Source: Ilumatobacteraceae bacterium
GTDB taxonomy: Bacteria; Actinomycetota; Acidimicrobiia; Acidimicrobiales; Ilumatobacteraceae
Length of the DNA stretch: 62,400 bases
Assembly: GCA_044339005.1 (NCBI GenBank)
Contig: JBIIWI010000001.1
Coordinates: 1 to 62,400, forward strand
Reading direction: 5' to 3'
Positions 55,143 through 62,400 of this stretch are shown here, one piece after another. The notes below the pieces were generated by a model. The model worked only from the letters and a program-made list of their open reading frames with translations. It did no database searches and had not been told where the DNA came from. Positions within the stretch are counted from its first letter, which is position 1, and every line of letters starts with the position of its first letter. A program made the position numbers and the translations under genes.

Positions 55143-57110
55143 GTGAATACTTTGCCTCGTCTCTCTCCAGAATTAGACCGCGAGATTGTCGCGATTGCGC
55201 GTGGCTTAGCCATGGACGCACCGCTGAAAGCAAAAAGCGGTCATCAGGGCACAGCAATGGCGCTTGCTCCCCTTGCACACGTTTTGTATTCGCGAATTAT
55301 GCAGCATGCACCTCAGGATCCGCTCTGGCGAAACCGCGACCGTTTTATTCTTTCCGCGGGTCATGCATCAATTTTGCAGTACTCAATGTTGTTTCTCAAT
55401 GGCTACGGTCTCGAGTTAGCCGACTTGCAATCATTTCGTCAATTTGACTCATTGACACCGGGACACCCCGAGGCTGGTCATACTGCAGGTGTAGAAGTTA
55501 CGACTGGTCCGCTCGGACAGGGCTTCGCCAACGCAGTGGGTATAGCGATCGCAGAAAGCAATCTTCGCGCTCGATTTGGTTCTGATTTGATGGACCATTA
55601 CACATATGTGATTTCAGGTGATGGTTGTTTGATGGAGGGCATCAGTCATGAAGCTGCTTCGTTAGCTGGACACCTAGGTCTCGATCGGCTTATTTGTGTG
55701 TATGACGACAACAAGATCACCATTGATGGCAGCACATCCTTAACTTGCTCCGATGACGTGGTCGCCCGTTTCACGTCGTATGGATGGAATGTTGTACAAC
55801 TTGGAGAAATCGGCGAAGATCTGGATGCGCTCGAGGTTGCTCTCAATAACGCAAAGCAACATCGCGGATCGCCCACATTGTGTATCTTGCAAACCCATAT
55901 TGGTTTCCCGTCTCCAGATTTCACTGACAGTCATGAAGCGCACGGCAATCCATTTCTTGCCGAACACGTTGAGCGCACCAAAGCAGTGCTCAATATTCCT
56001 AATGAACCCTTCTGGGCTCCTGCAAAAACTGTTACTGCGTCTCGAGAGTTTGCGATGCAGAGATCTCTTGCTGCCCTGTCGGCGTATAAATCCCTAAAGC
56101 CGAATGCAGAGTTTGAAGCGTGCTGGAATCCACAAAAAAGTGCAAAGTGGAACTCGCAATTGCCAACATTTGAATCAGATTCAGCTCTTGCTACGCGCCA
56201 AGCAATGCCACTGGCAATTAGTGCCAGTTTGGGTGATCTTCCAGGTCTAATGCTTGGGTCTGCAGATCTAACAGGCAACACTGGTGTCAAAATTGGCGCA
56301 CTAAGTGCTCACTCCGCGCATCACCCCGAGGGACAGCAAATTTATTTCGGAATTCGTGAACATGCGATGGCTGCAGCAATGGTTGGCATGGCTTTGCATG
56401 GAGGTATTCTTCCAGTTGGAGGCACGTTCTTCGTTTTTGCGGATTACATGCGACCTTCAATTCGTTTGGCGGCGCTTTCGCACGCAAAAGTGATTTTTGT
56501 GTTCTCACATGATTCTGTAGGTGTGGGTGAAGATGGACCTACTCATCAGCCGATCGAACATCTCGCTTCATTGCGGATCATTCCTGATCTTCATGTGGTA
56601 CGTCCTGCCGACTCGAACGAAACAGCGCAAGCATGGCGAGATGCTGCCGATCACAATGGACCAACGGCACTCATTCTGAGTCGTCAATCCCTTCCAATAA
56701 CGACAGATGGCTCGGCAGTTGCAAAGGGAGCGGCAGTGATACGTCGGGGCGATGCAGCAGCTCAGATCGTGCTCGTAGGCACTGGGAGCGAGGTTTCACT
56801 CTGTGTACAGGCCGCCGCGCAACTCGAACAGTCCGGCATATCAAGCCAGGTTGTGAGCATGCCATCTTGGGATCGTTTTGAAACGATGTCGGCTAACTAC
56901 AAGCTGGAAGTGTTCCCACGTGGAATACCAGTACTCTCCGTCGAAGCAGGCAGCACGTTCGGATGGTCAAAATACGCTGATCAGTCAATTGGTATCGATC
57001 GCTTTGGCGCAAGCGCACCTGGCAATGTTGTAATGCAGAAACTTGGATTGAATGTTCAACATGTGGTTGATTGCGCAGCTGCATTGATCGCATCTGATAA
57101 ACAAGACTGA
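55143..57110 (+). CDS. tkt: transketolase
   Basis: I chose the GTG at 55143. Contains SGHQGTAMALAP, the TPP motif GDGCLMEG and GEDGPTHQPIEH. Confidence 0.95.
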   Translation: MNTLPRLSPELDREIVAIARGLAMDAPLKAKSGHQGTAMALAPLAHVLYSRIMQHAPQDPLWRNRDRFILSAGHASILQYSMLFLNGYGLELADLQSFRQFDSLTPGHPEAGHTAGVEVTTGPLGQGFANAVGIAIAESNLRARFGSDLMDHYTYVISGDGCLMEGISHEAASLAGHLGLDRLICVYDDNKITIDGSTSLTCSDDVVARFTSYGWNVVQLGEIGEDLDALEVALNNAKQHRGSPTLCILQTHIGFPSPDFTDSHEAHGNPFLAEHVERTKAVLNIPNEPFWAPAKTVTASREFAMQRSLAALSAYKSLKPNAEFEACWNPQKSAKWNSQLPTFESDSALATRQAMPLAISASLGDLPGLMLGSADLTGNTGVKIGALSAHSAHHPEGQQIYFGIREHAMAAAMVGMALHGGILPVGGTFFVFADYMRPSIRLAALSHAKVIFVFSHDSVGVGEDGPTHQPIEHLASLRIIPDLHVVRPADSNETAQAWRDAADHNGPTALILSRQSLPITTDGSAVAKGAAVIRRGDAAAQIVLVGTGSEVSLCVQAAAQLEQSGISSQVVSMPSWDRFETMSANYKLEVFPRGIPVLSVEAGSTFGWSKYADQSIGIDRFGASAPGNVVMQKLGLNVQHVVDCAAALIASDKQD

Positions 57111-58222
57111 TGATCCATTCTCGCCTGGTGCGATTGTTTGATGAATGCGGTCAGAGCCCGTGGCTCGACAATCTCAAGCGCGAATACATCACAAGTGGCA
57201 GCCTGCAAGGAATACTCGATACAGGCATTCGTGGTTTGACCTCAAATCCAACCATTTTTCAAAAAGCAATCCAAGGATCGCAGGATTACGACGAACAGTT
57301 TCGACATTTAGCAGAACTCAAACACTCCCCAATCGAAAGCTATTGGGAACTCGTAATCAAGGACATCCAAGATGCCCTCGATGTGTTCGGTCCCCTTTAC
57401 GAGTCCTCAAATCGTTCGGATGGTTTTGTGAGTGTGGAAGTAGATCCAAACCTGGCACACGATTCTGCAGCAACCGAGGCGGCCGCTCGCGAATTGGACG
57501 TTCGAGTAGACCGCGACAACGTCATGATCAAGATCCCGGCCACTAGAGAAGGTATTCCTGTAATACGCACAATGATCAGCGAAGGTCGCAATGTCAACGT
57601 GACCCTTATTTTTAGCCTCGATCGTTATCAAGAAGTGATGAATGCTTACATCGATGGTCTAGAGATTTTGAGCAGCAAATCTTCAGACTCTCTTTCAGGG
57701 GTGTCGAGCGTCGCAAGTTTCTTTATTTCAAGAGTCGATACCGAAATTGATAAGCGCTTGGAGAAATTGGGAACCGATAAGTCTTTGGACCTTTGTGGAA
57801 CAGCAGCCATATCGCAGGCAAAACTTGCCTACCAACTTTTCTTGCAGACATTTTCTGGACCACGCTGGGCAGCGCTTGTCCGGCGTGGCGCTCGGGTGCA
57901 GCGTCCGCTGTGGGCATCGACCTCAACCAAGAATCCGTCCTACCCCGACACGTTGTATGTCGACCAGTTGATTGGAGCCGACACGGTGAATACTTTGCCT
58001 GACAACACCATGTTGGCATTCAGTGATCATGGGACGCCAAGCGCGACAATTGAATCAGATATTGACCTCGCACATACCCGTTGGCATGCATTGGAAGGCA
58101 TGGGCATCGACGTCGCGGAGGTGGCTACTCAACTTGAAACTGAAGGTGTTCGTTCATTTCAGCAGAGTTTCACCGAGCTCATTGATGCCCTCAAAGTAAA
58201 AGACCAAGCACTTCGCCAATGA
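57110..58222 (+). CDS. tal: transaldolase (long actinobacterial type)
   Basis: 370 aa. Contains QSPWLDNL, GLTSNPTIF and the Schiff-base lysine region VMIKIPAT. A TGATG overlap links it to tkt. Confidence 0.93.
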   Translation: MIHSRLVRLFDECGQSPWLDNLKREYITSGSLQGILDTGIRGLTSNPTIFQKAIQGSQDYDEQFRHLAELKHSPIESYWELVIKDIQDALDVFGPLYESSNRSDGFVSVEVDPNLAHDSAATEAAARELDVRVDRDNVMIKIPATREGIPVIRTMISEGRNVNVTLIFSLDRYQEVMNAYIDGLEILSSKSSDSLSGVSSVASFFISRVDTEIDKRLEKLGTDKSLDLCGTAAISQAKLAYQLFLQTFSGPRWAALVRRGARVQRPLWASTSTKNPSYPDTLYVDQLIGADTVNTLPDNTMLAFSDHGTPSATIESDIDLAHTRWHALEGMGIDVAEVATQLETEGVRSFQQSFTELIDALKVKDQALRQ

Positions 58223-59235
58223 CACAGTTGGCCGAGTTACAGAAGTCAATTTCGGATCTCGTCGGCGAATTCGGATCAATTCATAACGCTGATTACGTGA
58301 TGCAACTCATCTCAACAAGTCTTGAGCTTGGGACTGATAAGACATCGACGCTGGATCTCAAGATTGCATCTTCTGCGCTTAAAGAAATGCGTGAAGCCTT
58401 CGCAATGTTCCAACCATTCACACAGAGACGCAAGGTGACCATTTTTGGTTCGGCTAGAACTAAGAAAGATGACCCTCTGTATTCGCACACTCAGAAGGTT
58501 GCAAAAAGTCTCGCCGACGAAGGATGGATGGTGGTCACGGGTGCCGGGCCGGGGATCATGGAGGCCGGTATGGAGGGCGCGGGCAGAGAACGCTCAATCG
58601 GTGTCTCCATTCGGTTGCCGTTCGAGTCGTCAGCAAATTCAATCATCGCTGGCGACGAGAAATATGTTTCAATGCGCTACTTCTTCACTCGTAAATTGAT
58701 GTTGGTGAAAGAATCTCAAGCTTTTTTATGTTTGCCGGGAGGTTTCGGCACGCTCGATGAAACTTTTGAACTACTCACCCTCACACAAACGGGTAAAGGC
58801 GTTCCCGTTCCCATCGTGCTGTTGGATCTTCCTGGAGATCGCTTCTGGCATTCAATCGATGACTTGATTCGCAATCAATTACTCGTGCGAGGTCTTGTCT
58901 CTTCAGAAGACCTCGCGCTCTATCGGGTCTGCGACAGCATTTCTGACGCAACTTCTGAGATTCAGGGTTTTTATCGCAATTATCATTCAATTCGCTTTAT
59001 TGGCAAACACCTCATCATGCGTTTAAATCACGAACCAACCCCACAAATACTTGAAGCGTTGCATGAAAAATTTGGACATCTCTGCCGCTCCGGCGGGTTT
59101 GAAGTCGTGCAGACTCATTCGGTCGAAAGATCAGAGAATGACCATGTCGACAAACACCGATTGCGGTTTGATCCGAATCGTAGTGATGCTGGCGGTTTGC
59201 GAGAATTGATCAACTTCCTCAATCAAGTCGCGTAA
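58219..59235 (+). CDS. LOG-family (TIGR00730-type) nucleotide 5'-monophosphate nucleosidase-like protein with N- and C-terminal extensions
   Basis: Contains TIFGSAR, TGAGPGIMEAG and PGGFGTLDE motifs. It is 338 aa, against roughly 190 aa for a minimal LOG. An ATGA overlap links it to tal. Confidence 0.85.
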   Translation: MTQLAELQKSISDLVGEFGSIHNADYVMQLISTSLELGTDKTSTLDLKIASSALKEMREAFAMFQPFTQRRKVTIFGSARTKKDDPLYSHTQKVAKSLADEGWMVVTGAGPGIMEAGMEGAGRERSIGVSIRLPFESSANSIIAGDEKYVSMRYFFTRKLMLVKESQAFLCLPGGFGTLDETFELLTLTQTGKGVPVPIVLLDLPGDRFWHSIDDLIRNQLLVRGLVSSEDLALYRVCDSISDATSEIQGFYRNYHSIRFIGKHLIMRLNHEPTPQILEALHEKFGHLCRSGGFEVVQTHSVERSENDHVDKHRLRFDPNRSDAGGLRELINFLNQVA

Positions 59236-59422
59236 GCACTCCTATTGCCTTTTCGATAGCGCGCCGAGCAGTAGACAGCTGGCGCTCAGTTTCTGGTCTT
59301 TTGACAGCACCTTCTCGATGAGCGGATTTGAGTGCATCAAGCGCCTTGTCGGCAATCTCTTCTGAGATTGACTCAAGTCTGGAAACAATGTCGTTAATGG
59401 ATTCGTCTTGAGATGCAGGCAT
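59219..59422 (-). CDS. hypothetical small helical protein
   Basis: 67-aa ORF that looks more protein-like than the alternative frame (59242..59454). It overlaps the end of the LOG gene convergently by 17 nt. Confidence 0.4.
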   Translation of the reverse strand: MPASQDESINDIVSRLESISEEIADKALDALKSAHREGAVKRPETERQLSTARRAIEKAIGVLTRLD

Positions 59423-59552
59423 GCATCAAGTATGACAGTCCCATCAACACTCATCTCGTCTTCTCGTATCTCTCCACCGTCTCATGGAAATCTTCGCTAA
59501 TTGTCCCGAATTGACGTGTGATGTGCTGTTCTATCGTCTAGCGTCACAACCT

Positions 59553-60305
59553 ATGTCACGACCAGAAGAACTTCACGAGTGGATTAGTTTCACCGACCCA
59601 GACGCCGAGCAAACATGGATGATCGATTCGACATTCATGCTTTCAAACTGGTCGTGCATCTACGGCTCGGGCTGTAAAGGTGTCCTCGATGACGACGCAA
59701 CAAAATTGCAACAAGGTTGCTGCAGTTACGGCGCTCACTTCATCGATAAAAAGGATCTTGCTTCGGTCAAGAAGTCGGTAAAGCGTCTGAAGCCTGAACA
59801 CTGGCAAAAGCATGAAAAGGGAGCGAATAACCGTTGGCTGATCAAGAATCGCGACGGGTCAGATGCAACACGACGCGTCAACGATGCATGCATCTTCCAC
59901 AACGACCCTGGCTTTGAAGGCGGCATGGGTTGTGCATTCCATATCGCAGCTCAAGAAGTTGGCGAACGGCCAATGGATTGGAAGCCAGACGTGTGCTGGC
60001 AGGTTCCTCTACGCCTAGATGAGCACACCGAAGACGATGGTCACGTCATCTCTCACTTGCGCGAATGGAAACGCCGTGACTGGGGTGAGGGCGGCATTGA
60101 GTTTCATTGGTGGTGCACCGATGACCCTGCAGCCTTCGTAGGCAAAGATCCGGTTTATAAGTATTTGAAGGATGAGATCACTGAGCTCATCGGTTCAAAA
60201 ACATACAAGACGCTTGTCAAGCTTCTTGAAGAAAAAAGGTCAACACCGCGACCACATCCGCAGGTTTCACTCAAGAATCCAACGCGCAAAACAGCCAAAA
60301 AATAA
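59553..60305 (+). CDS. hypothetical Cys-rich protein
   Basis: I chose the ATG at 59553. Clustered Cys/His residues: SCIYGSGCKG, QGCCSYGAHF, CIFHN...GMGCAFH, CWQ. The tail is basic. Confidence 0.6.
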   Translation: MSRPEELHEWISFTDPDAEQTWMIDSTFMLSNWSCIYGSGCKGVLDDDATKLQQGCCSYGAHFIDKKDLASVKKSVKRLKPEHWQKHEKGANNRWLIKNRDGSDATRRVNDACIFHNDPGFEGGMGCAFHIAAQEVGERPMDWKPDVCWQVPLRLDEHTEDDGHVISHLREWKRRDWGEGGIEFHWWCTDDPAAFVGKDPVYKYLKDEITELIGSKTYKTLVKLLEEKRSTPRPHPQVSLKNPTRKTAKK

Positions 60306-60328
60306 ATATCGCTGTAAGCGAGTTGTGT

Positions 60329-62176
60329 CTAGTTTGAGTTGCGCTTGGTGTACTTACGACGATCTTCGATCGTCAGGTACTTCTTGCGAATTCGCACATT
60401 GAGCGGAGTCACTTCAACCAATTCATCGTCTGCGATCCATTCGATAGCAGTTTCGAGGGTGTGAGTCACTGGAGTGGCGAGCTTGATGCCTTCGTCATGG
60501 CTGTGGGTACGAATGTTGTTCTTCTCTTTCGCACGCACCGCATTCACGACCATCTCTTCTTCGCGGGCATTCTCTCCAACAACCATGCCTTCGTACAGCT
60601 CGTCACCTGGAGAGATGCAGAGTGTGCCTCGTTGCTCAAGGTTGTCTAGTGCGTATGCCGTAGCTGGACCCATTCGGTCGGAAACCATTGCTCCACCAAG
60701 ACGATGTGGCAACTCTCCTGCCCATGGCATCCATCCGGCAAGGCTTTGGTGCAAGAGAGCTGTTCCACGAGTCACTGTCAACAACAGCGATCTGAAACCG
60801 ATTAAGCCACGTGAAGGAGCCTCAAAGTAGACGATCGTTCGGTTCGCATCTCCAGGACGCAAATCGGTAATGCGACCTTTTCGTGGAGCAAGGGCTTGGG
60901 TGACTGCGCCTACGTACTCATCTGGCACGTCACATGTTCCTGATTCGAGTGGCTCATGCTTCTTGCCGTTGATCTCGCGTGTGATTACTTCTGGTCGACT
61001 CACTTGCAACTCGTAACCCTCACGTCGCATGTTTTCGATCAATACAGCCAACTGCAACTCACCACGACCGGCAACTTCCATTACGTCGGTTGATTCGGTG
61101 TTAGCAATCTTGATTGACACGTTTCCAAGAATTTCTTTCTGCAAGCGGTCACGTAAGTGGCGGCTAGTCAAATACTTGCCGTCTTTTCCAGCGAAAGGCG
61201 AAGTATTCACACCGAAACTCATGCGAAGCACTGGTTCGTCAACTTCAAGGCGCAACAATGGAACGGGATTGTCCAAAGATGCGATGGTGTCGCCAACTTC
61301 AACTTCATCGATTCCGCTCATGATAAACAAGTCGCCTGCAATAACTTCTGCAACGTCTACGCGATCAATGCCGTGGAACGCCATCAATCCACTGAGCTTG
61401 CGCTTCAGCACTGGTGCTGGGTTGTCGTCAGTTGGTTTTTGGCAAAGTGATACTTGATCGCCTTTACGCATAACACCAGAAATAACGCGACCAATAGCCA
61501 AACGACCCAGATAATCGGATGCGTCCAAGTTGGTCACCATTGCCTGCAAAGGTGCGTTCATATCGTTTTGTGGAGCAGGAATGTGTTCGACGATTGCGTC
61601 AATCAACGGCGACAAGTCACCATCTGGCGAAGGCATTCCAATTCCAGCCATTGCGAGACTGTCTCGTGCAACTGCCGAAAACACAGGAAACGACAAGTGG
61701 TGATCAGCATGAGCAAGATCCAAGAACAACTGCTCAACTTCGTGCAGGACTTCTTCAGGGCGCGCGTCTTGGCGATCGACTTTGTTGATTACCAAAATCA
61801 CTGGCAAGTCCAAAGCGAGAGCTTTTGAAAGCACGTAACGAGTCTGTGGTAACGGACCCTCTGCGGCGTCCACCAACAGCAAGATGCCATCCACCATTGC
61901 AAGTGCTCGTTCAACTTCCCCACCAAAGTCAGCGTGACCAGGAGTGTCTACCAAGTTGATCTTGGTGCCCTTCCACTCGATCTGCGCGGCCTTCGCCAAA
62001 ATGGTGATTCCGCGCTCGCGCTCTTGGTCATCATTGTCCATGACTCGATCGATAACTGCGGAGTGTGCAGCAAACGTACCCGCCGAACGCAAAAGAGCGT
62101 CCAAAAGAGTTGTCTTGCCATGGTCTACGTGTGCAACGAGCGCAATATTGCGCAACTTCTCTGGTGTTTGTGTCAT
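60329..62176 (-). CDS. typA: translational GTPase TypA/BipA
   Basis: 615 aa. G motifs AHVDHGKTT, DTPGH and NKVD, with an EF-G-like domain architecture. Confidence 0.95.
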   Translation of the reverse strand: MTQTPEKLRNIALVAHVDHGKTTLLDALLRSAGTFAAHSAVIDRVMDNDDQERERGITILAKAAQIEWKGTKINLVDTPGHADFGGEVERALAMVDGILLLVDAAEGPLPQTRYVLSKALALDLPVILVINKVDRQDARPEEVLHEVEQLFLDLAHADHHLSFPVFSAVARDSLAMAGIGMPSPDGDLSPLIDAIVEHIPAPQNDMNAPLQAMVTNLDASDYLGRLAIGRVISGVMRKGDQVSLCQKPTDDNPAPVLKRKLSGLMAFHGIDRVDVAEVIAGDLFIMSGIDEVEVGDTIASLDNPVPLLRLEVDEPVLRMSFGVNTSPFAGKDGKYLTSRHLRDRLQKEILGNVSIKIANTESTDVMEVAGRGELQLAVLIENMRREGYELQVSRPEVITREINGKKHEPLESGTCDVPDEYVGAVTQALAPRKGRITDLRPGDANRTIVYFEAPSRGLIGFRSLLLTVTRGTALLHQSLAGWMPWAGELPHRLGGAMVSDRMGPATAYALDNLEQRGTLCISPGDELYEGMVVGENAREEEMVVNAVRAKEKNNIRTHSHDEGIKLATPVTHTLETAIEWIADDELVEVTPLNVRIRKKYLTIEDRRKYTKRNSN

Positions 62177-62231
62177 GATCTTTCTTGATTTTTTTGGGGG
62201 GATCTGAGGTGTGCCGGACGCGCAGCGCTAC

Positions 62232-62400
62232 TTAGTTTTCGTCTTCTTCGCTTTCTTCATCATCTTCATCGAAGCGAACACCGTATTTCTCGGCAATTGC
62301 TGCGTACTGATCTTCTTCGGTCTCTGCTTCTTTGCTGCGTCCGCCCAGCCCAAGATCACTTGCACTAGGACCAGACTGCTTTAATTTACGCGCTTCTTCG
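62232..62400 (-). CDS. 3' end of an ORF running off the window (unknown product, acidic C-terminus)
   Basis: The minus-strand frame is open from the window edge to TAA at 62232-62234. It encodes ...EEARKLKQSGPSASDLGLGGRSKEAETEEDQYAAIAEKYGVRFDEDDEESEEDEN. It is absent from the ORF track because no start codon lies inside the window. Confidence 0.4.
   Translation of the reverse strand, partial: EEARKLKQSGPSASDLGLGGRSKEAETEEDQYAAIAEKYGVRFDEDDEESEEDEN

Overview
This is a gene-dense chromosomal segment with almost no intergenic space and many overlapping start/stop codons. It comes from an Actinomycetota genome. The lineage call rests on three things: a WhiB-family regulator, a complete Pup-proteasome locus (arc/mpa-dop-pup-prcB-prcA-pafA), and two blocks that match the gene order I recall from Mycobacterium tuberculosis. 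One is pgsA-FHA-MerR-DUF151 nuclease-MerR (like Rv1822 and Rv1827-Rv1830). The other is helY-tatC-tatA...pafA...trmI (like Rv2092c-Rv2118c).

The content is overwhelmingly core housekeeping:
- pyrG (5'-truncated), a NUDIX hydrolase, xerD, trpS, scpAB, rluB, tyrA, aroA
- a purine phosphoribosyltransferase and an NMT1-type ABC importer
- two GDPD paralogues, fatty-acid activation and oxidation enzymes, ispH, der
- one tRNA-Pro(GGG), a DMT transporter, DUF554, an SRAP peptidase, a HIT protein
- a PLP decarboxylase, threonine aldolase, gamma-carbonic-anhydrase-like protein, crotonase, GNAT
- a long ThyX-like protein, lepB, ferredoxin, PBP4, an ADP-forming acyl-CoA synthetase
- nagA, tkt-tal, a LOG-family protein and typA

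I found no CRISPR array, transposase, integrase, prophage block or recognisable defence or toxin-antitoxin system. I cannot honestly point to a convincing new multi-gene system.

The observations most worth a second look are:
- A decayed 47-nt copy of the tRNA-Pro 3' half lies about 700 bp downstream of the tRNA. Together they bracket a single orphan four-CxxC membrane protein, which looks like an att-type scar.
- The tkt-tal operon runs into an extended LOG/PpnN-like nucleosidase gene instead of zwf-opcA-pgl.
- A GarA/OdhI-type FHA protein has a zinc ribbon where the phospho-Thr switch normally sits.
- A tandem ThyX-like protein has the ThyX signature split between its two halves.
- A DAGK-fold remnant is translationally coupled to helY.
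- The S4 domain of rluB lies upstream of the first canonical start codon.

All product calls come from motifs and remembered family features read by eye, not from database searches.
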